NCBI GenBank assembly: GCA_022844165.1
Contig: JALHMH010000008.1
Location: 64,001 to 128,000, forward strand
Reading direction: 5' to 3'
Length of the DNA: 64,000 nucleotides
Origin: Lysobacterales bacterium
Lineage (GTDB): Bacteria; Pseudomonadota; Gammaproteobacteria; Xanthomonadales; SZUA-5
Made by a program: the position numbers and the translations under genes. The notes under the pieces were generated by a model. It worked only from the letters and a program-made list of their open reading frames with translations, was not told the origin of the DNA and did no database searches. Shown piece after piece: positions 1-12,254 of this stretch; position 1 is the first letter of the stretch, and every line of letters starts with the position of its first letter.

Positions 1-1130
1 TGCGCGCGCAGCCATCGTTCGCTACCATCTGGCAATAAGATGGGATAGTCGATGGTGTCATGCTCGCCGCCACGCAGCAACGCAAAAATCCGATCGCGCA
101 ATAGATCGCGATAGTTGGGTGCTACCAATGCGAGGAGTTCTTCGGTGCTCACGATGTGAGGATGGGCTTGCCCATAAAGTTCCGAGTACGCCCCAACCAT
201 CTCCGATCGCATTGATGAGCGGTCGACGCGCAACGCGCCGACGTGAGCATCGCGCAAGATCCGATCGAGCCATTGGTGGCGGTCGATCAAGGACTGGCGT
301 TCGTGTTGCACACCGCTGGCATTGGTGCCGACAAAAACAAAGTGCCGCTGGCGCTCACCCGGGGCCGTAAAGGTGCTTGCATCGACATTCAACCAGCATT
401 CTTCGCCCGATCGTCGGCGCATGCGCCAAGTCGTATTGAGCGCACCCTTGGCCAACAGTTGCCGTGCAAATTGCGCACGATATTCGATGCCCTCCGGGAA
501 ACATAAGTCGATGATATTCAGGCTCAGCGTCTCCGAAGGAGACGCTCCAACTGCGTGGCTGAACGCCTCGTTGGCCATGACCACCTGGCCCCTGGGATCG
601 AGCATCCAAATGCAGGCGGTAGACGTATTCAAGAACGATTCGAGCCGAGCCGCAGCACGCTGCGACTCGTACTCTGCGGTGACATCACGAGAGACGCCAA
701 TGACACGGGCGACCTTTCCATTCGGACCTCGCTGGACCACGGACGCCGATCGCAGCCATCGTATCTGGCCGTCGATATGAACCCGGAAGTCCACAGTCGG
801 CAGTACGCCATCTTCAGGGTTCGTCCAGCGCTCGCGCAACCACTGTCGGTCGTCGACGTGCACCGATTTGAGCCAGTCGTCGATTTTGACTGGCACTTCG
901 ATCGTCTGGGGAATGCCGAGCAGCCGCCGGTAACCGGGAGAGGCATGAAACTCGACGCCCGGACGCCAGCTAAAGAACTCCACATCAGCGACGTGCAGTA
1001 ACAGGCGCAGCTGTTCGTTGTCGGCAGTCAGGTCATCGATCAGTCGCTTCCGCTCTTCAGCGAAAGCGCGCTCCCGATCGGCCAGAGCTGTCGTCAGCTG
1101 CTCGACTTGCGAGCGCAATTGGTTGATCAA
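1..1130 (-). CDS. Multi-PAS-domain sensor protein, partial (C-terminus runs off the left edge; not in the ORF track)
   Basis: Manual minus-strand translation from TTG at 1130, which overlaps the GNAT stop, is open to position 1. It contains PAS/PAC-like segments VHVDDRQWLRERW, DFRVHIDGQIRWLRSASVVQRGPNGKVARVIGVSRDVT, IWMLDPRGQVVMANEAF and DYPILLPDGSERWLRA. Confidence 0.8.
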   Translation of the reverse strand, partial: MINQLRSQVEQLTTALADRERAFAEERKRLIDDLTADNEQLRLLLHVADVEFFSWRPGVEFHASPGYRRLLGIPQTIEVPVKIDDWLKSVHVDDRQWLRERWTNPEDGVLPTVDFRVHIDGQIRWLRSASVVQRGPNGKVARVIGVSRDVTAEYESQRAAARLESFLNTSTACIWMLDPRGQVVMANEAFSHAVGASPSETLSLNIIDLCFPEGIEYRAQFARQLLAKGALNTTWRMRRRSGEECWLNVDASTFTAPGERQRHFVFVGTNASGVQHERQSLIDRHQWLDRILRDAHVGALRVDRSSMRSEMVGAYSELYGQAHPHIVSTEELLALVAPNYRDLLRDRIFALLRGGEHDTIDYPILLPDGSERWLRA

Positions 1131-1711
1131 CTTCGACGCAGCCAAAACTGCATCTCCTTGGCGCTTTCTTGCGCCTCTCCTAGTTCACGCCAGGAAAATT
1201 GTGCCTTCATCGCTGGCACAGGATGATAGCCCCGCGAATGCCAGAACGTGTCCAGCGAACGCGCCAATGCGGGGCGCCGCGGATCGGCCGGATGACGAAC
1301 CACTGCGCAGAATGCCGTGATCGGATAACCCAACTCTTTTGCGCAGCGCTCGCGTTCATCGAAAAAACGATGCCCGATGCCACGGCCGCGCCAGGTGTCG
1401 AGCAACACCGACTCGCCAAAGTAAAACACCTGGTCGATCGCTACGCCGGCATGCTCGAAGGGCGCGCGACAGTGGTCCGGCTCGTCTTTGAGCGGCACGC
1501 CGGTGGCGCATCCCACCAGGTCAATGCCGTCGAATGCCAGGACAAATACCGCATCAGGCGATGCTGCATAGGTGCTCAGATAATTCTGCTCGTACTGAGC
1601 ATCGCCATCGTACAGGTACGGCCACTGTCGGAACACTTGCATACGCAACGTGGCGAGTTGTGGCAAGACCGATCTCGCTTCGTCGCCCGTAGCTGTACGG
1701 ATGGAAATCAT
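1127..1711 (-). CDS. GNAT family N-acetyltransferase
   Basis: YFGESVLLDTWRGRGIGHRFF acetyl-CoA motif; ATG at 1711 overlaps the upstream stop (ATGA). Confidence 0.85.
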   Translation of the reverse strand: MISIRTATGDEARSVLPQLATLRMQVFRQWPYLYDGDAQYEQNYLSTYAASPDAVFVLAFDGIDLVGCATGVPLKDEPDHCRAPFEHAGVAIDQVFYFGESVLLDTWRGRGIGHRFFDERERCAKELGYPITAFCAVVRHPADPRRPALARSLDTFWHSRGYHPVPAMKAQFSWRELGEAQESAKEMQFWLRRS

Positions 1712-2625
1712 CGCATCGCTCGCTCGCGGGCGAGCCACAATGTGGCCGGAAAGTCACCGAACAGGCCGTCGCACCCGGCGCCATAGGCGCGAAAGGCAGT
1801 CTCCTCCGGGTCAGCGCCCGGGGTCTCGTCGTCATCGCGAAAGGTCCACGCATGAATCGCCTGTCCTCGTTGATGCGCTGCCTCGATGAACTGTGCGCCG
1901 CCATCGAGCGCGGTTCTGGCGATGCCATACCCGTCGACGCCATCGACCAGTGCCAGTGGCAAGTCAGTGCAGAGCAACGTGGTTCGCAAACCAAGCATGC
2001 GCTTGACTTCGATCAGCGTCTTCAGGTCAAAACACTGCACCCACACCGGTGCATTCGCACCCCAGCCGAAAGCGGCAAGATCCTTCGCAAGCGAGTGCAC
2101 CATCGACATCCCTTGCGCCGCGAAGTAGTCCGGGTGTTTAAGTTCAGGATAAACCAGGAGCGGGCGATCGCGGCGCCGGCGTTCCTGGTCCAGGAGCAGC
2201 AGCACGTCGGCAAAGCTCGGAATCCGATAAGCGCCGCTGCGCTCCATGGGGCGATCTGGGCGCGGCTGGATCGCCCGAAGTTGCGCTAACTCACCGGCGG
2301 CAAAGTCGCTCACCCACCAGTCGTCGCGGCCTTCGTCATGGCGACAGCGAGCTGCGAACTCGGGGCGCTCCGCGATATCAGTCGAACGCCGCAGGGTCAA
2401 ATCATGGCGCGCATGCAATATGCCATCGCCGCTCAACACCAGGTCGGGCTCGATCACATCGGCACCCTGCTCGATCGCCAGCGCATAACCCGGCAGCGTA
2501 TGTTCCGGCACAAGGCCGCTCGCGCCGCGGTGCGCGATCACCCAGGGTTTTGCGAATGGTTGCCAGCGCTGCACAAGTGCTCTCGAATACCGACAGTCGC
2601 CGAGACTAAGCCAGAAATGCGCCAC
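1708..2625 (-). CDS. Glycerophosphodiester phosphodiesterase (GDPD family); start uncertain
   Basis: VIAHRGASGLVPEHTL, IEPDLVLSGDG, YPELKHP, HAWTFR and DGLFGDFP motifs. Confidence 0.9.
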   Translation of the reverse strand: MAHFWLSLGDCRYSRALVQRWQPFAKPWVIAHRGASGLVPEHTLPGYALAIEQGADVIEPDLVLSGDGILHARHDLTLRRSTDIAERPEFAARCRHDEGRDDWWVSDFAAGELAQLRAIQPRPDRPMERSGAYRIPSFADVLLLLDQERRRRDRPLLVYPELKHPDYFAAQGMSMVHSLAKDLAAFGWGANAPVWVQCFDLKTLIEVKRMLGLRTTLLCTDLPLALVDGVDGYGIARTALDGGAQFIEAAHQRGQAIHAWTFRDDDETPGADPEETAFRAYGAGCDGLFGDFPATLWLARERAMR

Positions 2626-2658
2626 ATCGGCGGCTCGGCCACGCTAATTTGCAATCGC

Positions 2659-3309
2659 CTACGCAGAAGCGAGAAATGGTAACCAGTGTGCCAGCCAGGT
2701 TGCCGCTTCGGCACCTAGAAAATACACTGCATAAAAGAAGCCACCAAAGTAGACGGCACTGGCAATCAACCAAAAAACCGACATCGGCACCATCCAGCCA
2801 TCGCGCTCCAGGATGGCCACGGCACCAAACAAGCAGCCGAGCGCTGGAATCGTATTGTTGAACGGCAGGACCGGAACTGGAATCGCAAGCAGTACACCGC
2901 CAGTGAGGATCAGTGCGCCGCATAAACGCTCGCCTGTGCGCCCGTCAACCCATCCTGTCAGGCGCTCGCGCGTCAGTTTCGCCAGCATACGAATGACAAA
3001 TTGGCATACGCCCAATAAGCGCTCCCAGGCTTTGCGCGAAGGTTTGATGGCGTAAATGCGGTCGGGCAACCATAACTTGGTTCGTCCTTGGTACAACTGC
3101 CATCCCAGAGAGGCCAGTACCAGGCCACCCGCTGTGGACACTGGCCCCAGCGTCACCGGTGTCAAGAACGGCAAGGACAGCAGAACAGCCGACAGTGCTA
3201 ATGCAGATGTGCTCAAGCTCGCGAGCACTTCGCCCAGACTTAGGCTCTCGTGTTCAGCGCGTTCCACGCACTGCTCGAGTACACGAATCAAGGTTTGCCG
3301 ATGTTCCAT
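2659..3309 (-). CDS. ExoD family exopolysaccharide synthesis membrane protein
   Basis: LSLGEVL N-terminus, LWLPDRI, LAIPVPVLPFNNTIPA and ERDG motifs; hydrophobic segments. Confidence 0.8.
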   Translation of the reverse strand: MEHRQTLIRVLEQCVERAEHESLSLGEVLASLSTSALALSAVLLSLPFLTPVTLGPVSTAGGLVLASLGWQLYQGRTKLWLPDRIYAIKPSRKAWERLLGVCQFVIRMLAKLTRERLTGWVDGRTGERLCGALILTGGVLLAIPVPVLPFNNTIPALGCLFGAVAILERDGWMVPMSVFWLIASAVYFGGFFYAVYFLGAEAATWLAHWLPFLASA

Positions 3310-3439
3310 TGCGCAGGCGCCACCAATCAAGAAGCGCCGGAGAATAGACGTTCGCTGTGACCGGGGAGCGGTTCGAATCGCCAGCAGAAGGCCAAGTGCA
3401 TAACGGAATCGCTGATCGACGCCGATAATTCAAGCGATC

Positions 3440-4294
3440 TTAGGTTTGCGCCAGGACGGGGAACTTGTGAGGCGCGATGGGCGACATGCCGCGAACAAAC
3501 AGATATGGATCGGGATCAACGCCTGTGGCTTTTGCGCAAGGCCAGAGTCGATCCGGACAAAAGCCAAATCGGAGACGTCGGACAGGGCGCTCGATGAGCC
3601 GCGGCAGGTATTCCGTCAGATCGACTGGATGGCGGCTGATGACGTCCAGCAGATACAAGGTATCGTCGGCTTGTTGGGAAAAGACGAATGTCTCATCGTC
3701 TAACTGGCGCGGCGCCGAGACAAAGCCATTCGCCAGATACCACTGCACGATTGGGCCATGTTGCACGCAGGCAAAGCGCTCGCTGATCGGCGTTGTCGCC
3801 AGGGCATTCAGTTGCTCGCGCAGTCGGGCGTCAGTCGGGTCGATCGCCGGGGCCAACGTCGAAGGCTGGATGTCGACATCGGCAAAAAACAGAGATTCCT
3901 CGCGCGGCTCAAATCCGTATCGTGGATAGAATCCCAGAACGTCCGGGTTGGCGAACAGCAGCGCCGGGTCGTCGCCGACGATTTCCAGCGCGCTTGTCAT
4001 CAAAATCTGCGCGAGCCCTTGCCTGCGCGCTTCCGGGCGCACGCCGACAGCGCCGAACTGCCAGGCGCGCTTGCGGCCACCATCGAGCACCAGATGCATG
4101 GTTTGAAGCGAAACATTGGCCACGATGTCATCGCCCTCGAACCAGGACAATGTCCGGTAGTCTTCGGTCCACTGTTGCCACTCAATCCAGCGCTCGAAAC
4201 CGGCGCTCGGAAACACGGCACGGACATAGCGGCAGAAAGCGGCTTTGTCGAGAGCCGAGCTGTCCTGGCGAAGTTCACGGATCGGCATCGCCAT
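3440..4294 (-). CDS. GNAT family N-acetyltransferase
   Basis: QFGAVGVRPEARRQGLA and LFANPDVLGFYPRYGF motifs. Confidence 0.85.
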   Translation of the reverse strand: MAMPIRELRQDSSALDKAAFCRYVRAVFPSAGFERWIEWQQWTEDYRTLSWFEGDDIVANVSLQTMHLVLDGGRKRAWQFGAVGVRPEARRQGLAQILMTSALEIVGDDPALLFANPDVLGFYPRYGFEPREESLFFADVDIQPSTLAPAIDPTDARLREQLNALATTPISERFACVQHGPIVQWYLANGFVSAPRQLDDETFVFSQQADDTLYLLDVISRHPVDLTEYLPRLIERPVRRLRFGFCPDRLWPCAKATGVDPDPYLFVRGMSPIAPHKFPVLAQT

Positions 4295-4477
4295 TTCTCT
4301 AGACCAGGCACAAAGTCTGCTGCGTGGATTCCAGCCCCCACTCACTCGACATGAGTTCCCTTTTTTGCCACATCTGTGATTTGCCGAGCTGAGCCCAGGC
4401 ACCCGGCAAAACGCCGGGTCTAAAAGCCAATCCGGACACGAATTCTCAATGGACTCACGTGACGCAGATCGCTGCTT

Positions 4478-5512
4478 TCAACGCCGCGGCAACAGCGGCA
4501 TCGGGTCTACCGGTTTGCCATTGCGCCGAATTTCGAAGTGCACAAGCACTCGATTGGCGGCGTTTTTGCCCATTTCGGCGATCTTCTGACCGGCTTTGAC
4601 CTTATCGCCTTCCTTCACCAGCCGCACTCGATTGTGGCCGTAAGCACTCAACAGTTCAGGCGAGTGCTTGATGATGATCAGTTCGCCATAACCAATCAAT
4701 CCGGCGCCGCTGTACACCACTTCGCCGTCGCGCGACGCGACGATGGATGCGCCCGGTTCGCCAGCGATGTCGATGCCCTGGCGCGTCGGATCGCCCGCTG
4801 CGTAGGTTACGACGACGCGCCCCTGGGCGGGCCAGATCCAGCCCGCCGAGCTGGGTTGCTCGATAGACACCGGCTTGGGCGCTGCACTGGGCGTCGCGCC
4901 GGCCGCTGTGTTCGCACCAGTCGCTGGGGTGGTGTCAGTCGCTGCCGTCGCAGGCGCGGTAATTGGGGCAACTGCGGGCGCAACGACGGGCTCTGGGGCG
5001 CTCGTGATCGGCGTTTCGGCGGGCGTCGGCGCGGGTGGAGCGGCAATGCCATCCAGTGGGACAGCGCCCTCAGGTACGGTGACGCCGTACCGTTGGTCAA
5101 ACCCCGGATCGCGTGGGCCAACCACCGCGCCGCCAACCCGTTCGCCGCCGACGGGCATTGGTGCACTGGCGATCGGCGCAACAGCCGACGTCGGCTGCTC
5201 TGCCACCGGAGGGGAGGGTGCTTCGGCCGTGACTGCCGGCTGGCCTTCGTTGCTGGCGACTTGCAGGCGCTGTCTTGGGTAGATGGTATATGGCGCTTCG
5301 ATGCCGTTCCATGTCGCCAGATCGCGGTAGTCGACGCCGTACTGCACGGAAATTTTGTACAGCGTATCGCCTGCCTGGACCTCGTGATACCGCGGCGCAT
5401 CGCCGGATGCCTGTATCGCTGGCGGCGGCTCGGTCACTGCCGCCGGTCGCACGACGACCGACTGTTGGCAAGCCGCCAAACTCAGCAGAATCAGCGGTCC
5501 CAGTGCTCTCAT
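4478..5512 (-). CDS. nlpD: LysM / M23 peptidase-domain lipoprotein NlpD
   Basis: Lipobox LAAC, Lys[14 protein letters not shown], Pro/Ala linker, M23 domain GIDIAG...YGHN...HFEIR; downstream of pcm with ATGA overlap. Confidence 0.9.
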   Translation of the reverse strand: MRALGPLILLSLAACQQSVVVRPAAVTEPPPAIQASGDAPRYHEVQAGDTLYKISVQYGVDYRDLATWNGIEAPYTIYPRQRLQVASNEGQPAVTAEAPSPPVAEQPTSAVAPIASAPMPVGGERVGGAVVGPRDPGFDQRYGVTVPEGAVPLDGIAAPPAPTPAETPITSAPEPVVAPAVAPITAPATAATDTTPATGANTAAGATPSAAPKPVSIEQPSSAGWIWPAQGRVVVTYAAGDPTRQGIDIAGEPGASIVASRDGEVVYSGAGLIGYGELIIIKHSPELLSAYGHNRVRLVKEGDKVKAGQKIAEMGKNAANRVLVHFEIRRNGKPVDPMPLLPRR

Positions 5513-6183
5513 GCCACGCCCTTTACCCAGGGCACGAAACTGACCGCGCCGAGCGATTCTTTGGTCCATCCCTCTGTTCCCCTTGTCATCCGAACCAACG
5601 TTTGTTGTCCTGGCGGCCCGACCGGTGCGACCACGATACCGCCAACGCGGACCTGATCGAGCAGTGTCGGGTCGATGGATTCGCGCGCCGCAGTGGCCAG
5701 CACGGCATCGAAAGGTGCGCATTCAGGCCAGCCCACGTTGCCGTCGTCGTGTTTCGACCGAATGTTCAGTGCGAGTTTGCGAAAGCGCTTGCGCGCCAGT
5801 CGCAGCAGTTCGTCGATTCGCTCGATGGTGAAAACCTCTTTGAAAAGTGCCGCCAGCACCGCCGCCTGGTAACCCGATCCGGTGCCGATCTCGAGCACTT
5901 TTTCGACACGATCGACATGCAACGCCTGAGTCATCAGAGCGACGACATAGGGTTGCGAGATGGTCTGTCCCATGCCAATCGGTAACGCCGTGTCCTCGTA
6001 GGCGCGGCTCGCCAATGCCTCATCGATAAACAGATGCCGGGGCAGGGCACGCATGACTTCAAGCACAGCTTCGTCCTTAATGCCGCCCGCGCGCAAGCGC
6101 TCGATCAGACGATCGCGCGCGCGTTGACTGGTCATGCCGGCGCCTTTCATTGCAGACGGCGGCGGCGCGGTGAAGCGCGTCAT
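5509..6183 (-). CDS. pcm: Protein-L-isoaspartate O-methyltransferase
   Basis: [17 protein letters not shown] and [15 protein letters not shown]; surE-pcm-nlpD synteny. Confidence 0.95.
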   Translation of the reverse strand: MTRFTAPPPSAMKGAGMTSQRARDRLIERLRAGGIKDEAVLEVMRALPRHLFIDEALASRAYEDTALPIGMGQTISQPYVVALMTQALHVDRVEKVLEIGTGSGYQAAVLAALFKEVFTIERIDELLRLARKRFRKLALNIRSKHDDGNVGWPECAPFDAVLATAARESIDPTLLDQVRVGGIVVAPVGPPGQQTLVRMTRGTEGWTKESLGAVSFVPWVKGVA

Positions 6184-6956
6184 AGCGCCAACTCCGCACG
6201 CCCGCCGCTGGGATTGACCCAGGCACTGAGTTTTTCGAGCGCCGTGTAGCGCGTCAAATCCACCGTCAGCGGGGTAATGGAGACAAAACCGGTGCGCACG
6301 GCGTGAAAATCGGTTCCCGGGCCGGCATCTTGCTCCGGACCGGCAGGCCCGATCCACCAAACCGGCCGCCCGCGCGGATCGGTCTGCCGAATGCAGGCCT
6401 CGGATCGATGCCGATGGCCCAAACGTGTCACTTCAAAACCGCGGATCTCACTGACGGGGCGATCGGGCACGTTGACGTTGAGGATCGTGTCCGCTGGAAG
6501 AGGATCGGACAGCAGCCGCAACACCAACTTGACGGCGACTTGCGCGGCAGTTTCGTAGTGTCTGCCGAGGTGCTCGCTGGTCACCAGCGACATGGCGATC
6601 GCCGGCAAACCGAGAAATCTCCCTTCCATCGCCGCCGCCACGGTGCCCGAATAGAGCACGTCATCGCCCATATTTGCCGAGTTGTTGATGCCCGAAACGA
6701 CAATGTGCGGTAGTTCGTCGAGCAGTCCTGCCAAGGCCAGGTGCACACAATCGGTGGGAGTTCCGGCGACACGGTAGCGCCCGCCACCAAGCTCGAATGC
6801 GCGAATCGGTTGGTCGAGCGTCAGTGAATTGCTCGCGCCGCTGCGGTCGCGATCCGGGGCGACGACGCTGACGCGCCCCAGTGCACGCAGCGCGTCGCTC
6901 AAATGCGCTATCCCTGGCGCATCCACGCCGTCATCGTTGCTGACCAGTAAATGCAT
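6180..6956 (-). CDS. surE: 5'/3'-nucleotidase SurE
   Basis: LVSNDDG, GTPTDCV, VVSGIN and [11 protein letters not shown] motifs. Confidence 0.95.
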   Translation of the reverse strand: MHLLVSNDDGVDAPGIAHLSDALRALGRVSVVAPDRDRSGASNSLTLDQPIRAFELGGGRYRVAGTPTDCVHLALAGLLDELPHIVVSGINNSANMGDDVLYSGTVAAAMEGRFLGLPAIAMSLVTSEHLGRHYETAAQVAVKLVLRLLSDPLPADTILNVNVPDRPVSEIRGFEVTRLGHRHRSEACIRQTDPRGRPVWWIGPAGPEQDAGPGTDFHAVRTGFVSITPLTVDLTRYTALEKLSAWVNPSGGRAELAL

Positions 6957-7046
6957 CGCTGATACGCACCAACCGCTAGTCTTAATGCCCGGGATCATAC
7001 GCGGGGCGACGCAAGCATTAACGTCAAAGCGAAAACGCGCCGTATC

Positions 7047-7565
7047 GTGGTCAGCAATGACGACCGCGAACTTTTCCGTGGGGCCATAGGGCCGGTTCGG
7101 AAGCTTGATGCTGCGCCCGATCTGCGCCGGGAGACAGCGCCCCAGCCGGCGCCGCTGCCCGTACAGTCGGAGGCGGACGAACGTGCCGTAATCCGCGAAC
7201 TACTGGCCAGCGATGAAACTGCCAGTGGCGCCACGAGTGGCGAAGCGTTGAACTTTTTGCAAAACGGTTACCCGCCCAGGCTGCTCAAGCAACTGCGCCG
7301 TGGCCAGTTCCGAATCGAAGACGAGATCGACCTGCATCACTTGCGGGTCACGGAGGCTAAACAAGTGCTCGCCGAGTTCTTTGCCGCTGCGCGAAATCAC
7401 CGTCGCCGCTGCCTGCGAATCGTCCACGGCAAGGGCCGCAGTGGTGAGGGTATTCTCAAGTCATTGGTGGATGGCTGGTTACGGCAGCGCAGCGAGGTTA
7501 TCGGCTTTGTCTCCGCACGCCCGGCCGAAGGTGGTACTGGCGCCGTTCTCATCCTGCTGAAATAA
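7047..7565 (+). CDS. Smr/MutS domain protein
   Basis: [14 protein letters not shown] and GGTGAV Smr motifs; divergent from surE. Confidence 0.9.
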   Translation: MVSNDDRELFRGAIGPVRKLDAAPDLRRETAPQPAPLPVQSEADERAVIRELLASDETASGATSGEALNFLQNGYPPRLLKQLRRGQFRIEDEIDLHHLRVTEAKQVLAEFFAAARNHRRRCLRIVHGKGRSGEGILKSLVDGWLRQRSEVIGFVSARPAEGGTGAVLILLK

Positions 7566-7701
7566 CCTGCCCGGAACGATGGCGATAATCCTCAGGGGCT
7601 GCGGGCTTGACCTTGGCGCCGCGACCAGTCCACGATAGGTCATTGATCGCGAATCTGTGGCTTTTTGAGATCGCAGAGTGATTTCCAAGAGGGGTTGAAA
7701 A

Positions 7702-8502
7702 ATGAAGTTGGCCATTCGAACGCTGGCATTGGTGTGCGCATTCTTGCTTACCGCGTGTGCGACGAATCCAGCCGGGCGCAATACGCTGAACATGATTCCA
7801 GCTTCGCAAGTCAATCAGATGGGCCTGGCCGCATTCGCTGAATACAAGACCAAGAAGCGGGTCGCAAACGCACCGCGAGAACAGGCTTACGTCGAATGTG
7901 TCTCGCGAAATCTGATCGCCCAGCTGCCGGATCAGCAGCGCAGCCTGCCATGGGAAACCGTGCTGTTCGATGACGAGACGCCAAATGCTTTTGCGCTTCC
8001 AGGCGGAAAAATCGGCGTGCATACCGGTTTGCTTGCGGTCGCTCAATCCGAGGACCAGCTGGCCAGCGTGATTGGCCACGAAATCGCGCATGTCTGGTAT
8101 GGGCACGGCGGCGAGCGCGTCTCGCAGCAGTTTGCGGCTCAAGCCGCGTCGGCGGCAGTGAACGCATACGCCGGATCTCGGCAGGATGGCAACTCGCAAC
8201 AGGTTGTTGCGCTCTTGGGGCTCGGTGCGCAAGTGGGTGTTCTGCTGCCATTTTCGCGCAAACATGAGACTGAGGCCGATGTTGCTGGCGCAAGGCTGAT
8301 GGCTGAGGCTGGTTATGCACCCGGCGAAGCCGTGGCGCTCTGGGAGAACATGGCGCGCGCTGGCGGGCCGAACGTGCCGACGTTCTTGTCCAGTCATCCG
8401 AACAATCGCCAACGCATTGAAGGGCTGCAGCGCATGCAAGACGAGTTGTCGCAAATCGCCGCTGTCGCCCAGGCAGCGGGTCGGCCGAAGCGTTGCCGTT
8501 GA
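7702..8502 (+). CDS. M48 family metallopeptidase lipoprotein
   Basis: Lipobox LTAC, NAFALPGG, HEIAH, ETEAD and LSSHP motifs. Confidence 0.92.
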   Translation: MKLAIRTLALVCAFLLTACATNPAGRNTLNMIPASQVNQMGLAAFAEYKTKKRVANAPREQAYVECVSRNLIAQLPDQQRSLPWETVLFDDETPNAFALPGGKIGVHTGLLAVAQSEDQLASVIGHEIAHVWYGHGGERVSQQFAAQAASAAVNAYAGSRQDGNSQQVVALLGLGAQVGVLLPFSRKHETEADVAGARLMAEAGYAPGEAVALWENMARAGGPNVPTFLSSHPNNRQRIEGLQRMQDELSQIAAVAQAAGRPKRCR

Positions 8503-8646
8503 CCGTGCAGCGGTCGTGACATACCGAGAGAGTCTCACCGGCTTCCCGAACAACGATCATTGATCCAGTTGCCTCGTAAAACGCAACTGCGCAATAACGT
8601 CTATCCGGTCTTGGCGTGACGTCCCGAATGTGCTGCCGAACCCGCT

Positions 8647-9564
8647 TCAGCCAACCAGGTGTGCACCCGCCGCGTTCACAGCGCTGACGATCACATCGCT
8701 GTCCAGGCCAGCTTGCCCAAACGCTTGCTGCATCGCGGCACCCGCCGCGGCCGCAGTCGGGCGATCCATGAACCACGCGAACACGCTCGGGCCGGCTCCG
8801 GAAATGGATGCGCCGATCGCTCCGGCATCGATGGCCGCTTTCTTGACTGCAGCGAAGCCCGGAATCAGCGCCGCTCGCCGGGGCTCGATGAGTACATCGC
8901 GAAGTCCACTACGCAGCAACCCGATATCGTTGCTGAAGCAACCCGCCAGCACAAGCGCCAGTCCCTCCGACTGATGGACGAACTCGCTCAGTGCGTACAC
9001 ACCTTGCAGCGCTTCTCGTGCTCTTCGTGTTTCCAGCACAAAGTGCGGGTGGACGACGACAGCGATGAGCCCCGGTGGCGTCGGAATCGGCACTACCCGA
9101 TCGCGCGTCGCCAGCACCAATCCGCCGTAGAGCTGCGGACCGATATTGTCACCGTGTACGCTGCCGCTGGCTGCGGCTTCCCCCTGCAGTGCATGAAGAT
9201 AAAGTGTCGATAGCGGCAGCGGTTGATCGAGCAGCGCATTGGCCGCAACGACGGCAGCGCAAGCAGATGCGGCGGAGCCACCCAGTCCCGAGCCTAAGGG
9301 TATGCCTTTGTGGATCGTAATCTCGAACCCAAAGTGCAGCTTTTCGCCATCAATCAGCGACTGCAATGCGCGTGCCGCTGTGTTCTTCTGGTTGTCGACA
9401 GGCAAGTCCGTCACAACACCGTCGATCCGTGCGACGCGGGCGATCCTCTCGGGGATGCGCGATGCTGTGACGGTATCGCCCAGTCCTTCCAGTGCGTGGC
9501 CGAGCAAATCGAAGCCGACGCCAACATTGCCGACGCTCGCCGGTGCGAATGCGCGCACACTCAT
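8647..9564 (-). CDS. thrB: Homoserine kinase
   Basis: [17 protein letters not shown] motif [16 protein letters not shown] and ISGAGPS. Confidence 0.95.
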   Translation of the reverse strand: MSVRAFAPASVGNVGVGFDLLGHALEGLGDTVTASRIPERIARVARIDGVVTDLPVDNQKNTAARALQSLIDGEKLHFGFEITIHKGIPLGSGLGGSAASACAAVVAANALLDQPLPLSTLYLHALQGEAAASGSVHGDNIGPQLYGGLVLATRDRVVPIPTPPGLIAVVVHPHFVLETRRAREALQGVYALSEFVHQSEGLALVLAGCFSNDIGLLRSGLRDVLIEPRRAALIPGFAAVKKAAIDAGAIGASISGAGPSVFAWFMDRPTAAAAGAAMQQAFGQAGLDSDVIVSAVNAAGAHLVG

Positions 9565-12017
9565 ACGCGCGCGCCCAGCGCTGCGGCAACCCGCAGCAGA
9601 TCGGCAAACACACCGGCAGCAGTGACATCCGGGCCTGCACCTGGTCCGCGAACGATCAACGGGTTGCGATGGTAGCGTTCAGTGGTAAAACTGACGATAT
9701 TGTCCGTGAGCGCGATATGCGCGAACGGATGGTCTGTCGGCAGTGCTCGCAACTGCACCGCTGCGGCGCCATCCGCCTCCAGCAGCGCACAGTAGCGCAG
9801 CACTTGTCCGCGTTCTTTGGCCTCGCGAAATCGCGTCGCCATCGCGGCATCAAAACTCGGAAGTCCGGCGAGAAACGCTGCGCTGTCACCGTCGAGTAAA
9901 GCGTCCGGAACCAGACTCTCGACCGTCACCTGTGAGAGTTCCAGTGCGACACCCATTTCGCGCGCCAGGATGACCAGCTTGCGCGCAACATCAAGGCCGG
10001 ACAAATCGTCGCGCGGATCGGGCTCGGTATAGCCTGCTTGTCTGGCCTCCAGCACCAGTGCCGAAAATGGCTGACTGCCATCGAAACGGTTGAACAAATA
10101 CGCCAGGGTGCCGGAGAAGATTCCCTCGATGCGTTCGATGCGATCGCCGGTGTCGATCAAGTCGCGCAATGTGCCGATCACTGGCAGGCCGGCGCCGACC
10201 GTGGCCTCGTAGCGCCAGCGAGCACTTTGGCGCGCCGCATCCTGGATAGCGCGATAGCGCGCAAGCGGCCCTGCGCCGGCTTGTTTGTTGGGCGTCAGGA
10301 CGTGGATGCCGGCTGCCAACCACTTGGCGTAGTGTTCGGCGACGTCCGAACTGGCCGAACAATCGATGATCATCGCGTGCGGCAGATGCTCGGCGCGCAC
10401 ATGCCGGGCAAGGGCATCGAGATCGCACGACAGGTCGCTGCGTTCGAGCGCCGCTTTCCAGTCGCTCAGATCCAGCGTCAACTCGTCCAGCACCATGCGT
10501 TTGCTGGCTGAAATCGCGCGCACGCGAAGGTCGATATTGTTGTCGCGCAACAGGCGCGGTTGGGCCATCCGGATTTGTGCAAGAAGGGCTTGCCCGACAT
10601 GCCCCGGGCCAATGACCCCAATCGACAGGGTTTGAGCCGAAAGATAAAAGCCGGCGTGCACGGCGCGCAGAGCGCGGGTCGCTTCGCCTTCCGCCAATGC
10701 AACCGAAATATTGCGCTCTGACGAACCTTGGGCAATCGCGCGCACATTGACTTTGGCGCGCCCTAAAGCGTTGAACACCTGCGCGCAGATGCCCGGCGTG
10801 CCTGCCATGCCGTCGCCGACCACGGCAAGGACGCTGATGCCGCGTTCGCTGACGACCCGTTGAATGAGGCCTAGCGTGATCTCCCGGCCAAAGGCGTCGG
10901 CCAGTACTTCGCGCGCCCGATCGGCGTCGCCGGCATGGATGACGCAACAGATCGAATGTTCGCTGGAGCCCTGCGAAATCATGGTCACCGACACCTTAGC
11001 CGCGCGTAACGCTGCGAACACGCGTTCGGCGGTGCCCGGCACGCCAATCATGCCAGCGCCTTCGATGGTGATCAGTGCGAGGCCGCCGATCGTTGTGATG
11101 CCCTTGATCGGCGGTTCGCGCCCCCCGTCGTGATCGATGCGCGTACCGGGGTGGCTCGCGTTAAAGGTGTTGCGGATATAAACCGGTATTGACTTGGCGG
11201 TTGCCGGTGCCATCGTTTGTGGGTGGATGACTTTGGCACCGAAATACGCGAGTTCGAACGCCTCGTCGTAGGAAACGTGGTCGAGCACTACAGCCTCGGG
11301 CACCCGCCTGGGATCGGCCGACAGGACACCATCGACATCGGTCCAGATGTGGATCTCGGCAGCATCGAAGAGCGCGCCAAAAATGCTTGCCGAGTAGTCG
11401 CTGCCGTTGCGGCCTAACGTAGTGATTCGATCGTTCTGATGGCGCCGCGCAACAAAGCCGGTAATAACATAGCGCTTCGATGGATGGTCATGCCGGAATC
11501 GCGCCAGCAATTTCTCGCTCGGCAACCAGTCGACCCCAACGTGCAACTCGTTCGGTGTCACTCTCAACACATCGCGCGCATCGAGAAAAACGCCGGGTTG
11601 ATCGAGTTCGTGAAAGTGTGCCGCGAGCAGCATCGCCGACCAGACTTCTCCGAGGCCCTGCACAATTTCGACCATTTCTTCAGGCGCAGAACCAATCAGC
11701 TCCATCGTCCGCAGCAGATGCGCAAGATCCTCGAAACCGGTCCGATAGGCGCTCAGGATCTGGCCGGGGTCGGAAAGCAGTTCGCGCGCGGCGGTGTTGT
11801 GTTTGTTGTGCAGCGCGGTGAGTTTTTCCACCCAAATCGAATTCTTGGCACTGGCCAACTGCGTGAGCTCGATGAGCAGATCGGTCACGCCTTGCATCGC
11901 CGAAACGACAACGACCTGCTCAGTGTCGCCTCGAGCGATCATCAATTGCGCAACGTGTCGGTAGCGCTCGGCGCTGGCGACACTGCTGCCGCCGAACTTG
12001 TGGGCAATAAGGGGCAT
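9561..12017 (-). CDS. thrA: Bifunctional aspartokinase / homoserine dehydrogenase
   Basis: [18 protein letters not shown], two ACT domains, [10 protein letters not shown] and [10 protein letters not shown]. Start placed at MPLIAHKF (12017). Confidence 0.95.
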   Translation of the reverse strand: MPLIAHKFGGSSVASAERYRHVAQLMIARGDTEQVVVVSAMQGVTDLLIELTQLASAKNSIWVEKLTALHNKHNTAARELLSDPGQILSAYRTGFEDLAHLLRTMELIGSAPEEMVEIVQGLGEVWSAMLLAAHFHELDQPGVFLDARDVLRVTPNELHVGVDWLPSEKLLARFRHDHPSKRYVITGFVARRHQNDRITTLGRNGSDYSASIFGALFDAAEIHIWTDVDGVLSADPRRVPEAVVLDHVSYDEAFELAYFGAKVIHPQTMAPATAKSIPVYIRNTFNASHPGTRIDHDGGREPPIKGITTIGGLALITIEGAGMIGVPGTAERVFAALRAAKVSVTMISQGSSEHSICCVIHAGDADRAREVLADAFGREITLGLIQRVVSERGISVLAVVGDGMAGTPGICAQVFNALGRAKVNVRAIAQGSSERNISVALAEGEATRALRAVHAGFYLSAQTLSIGVIGPGHVGQALLAQIRMAQPRLLRDNNIDLRVRAISASKRMVLDELTLDLSDWKAALERSDLSCDLDALARHVRAEHLPHAMIIDCSASSDVAEHYAKWLAAGIHVLTPNKQAGAGPLARYRAIQDAARQSARWRYEATVGAGLPVIGTLRDLIDTGDRIERIEGIFSGTLAYLFNRFDGSQPFSALVLEARQAGYTEPDPRDDLSGLDVARKLVILAREMGVALELSQVTVESLVPDALLDGDSAAFLAGLPSFDAAMATRFREAKERGQVLRYCALLEADGAAAVQLRALPTDHPFAHIALTDNIVSFTTERYHRNPLIVRGPGAGPDVTAAGVFADLLRVAAALGARV

Positions 12018-12254
12018 GGGTTTCGATTGGTTGGATAGTGATGGTTGGTGGTTGGTGGCAAAGCTGCACGCAACCGCTGGGCCGAAAACTAGCAGTTTTC
12101 CAGAACGCAATGACTCGATCGCGATAATTGCAAGAATCCCGATGTCACGACCACACATCCCCGTGCACACTGAGCGCTCTAGAATCATCGACCACCAATC
12201 GATTCCGTGCGGTGGCGCTATTGACAGATGGGAAAGCCGCGTCGCCAAAGGGTG

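Noticed and set aside
243-1001. + strand ORFs at 243-506, 322-780 and 555-1001
   Set aside because: They are antisense to the PAS-domain gene, which the ORF track missed because its stop lies outside the window.
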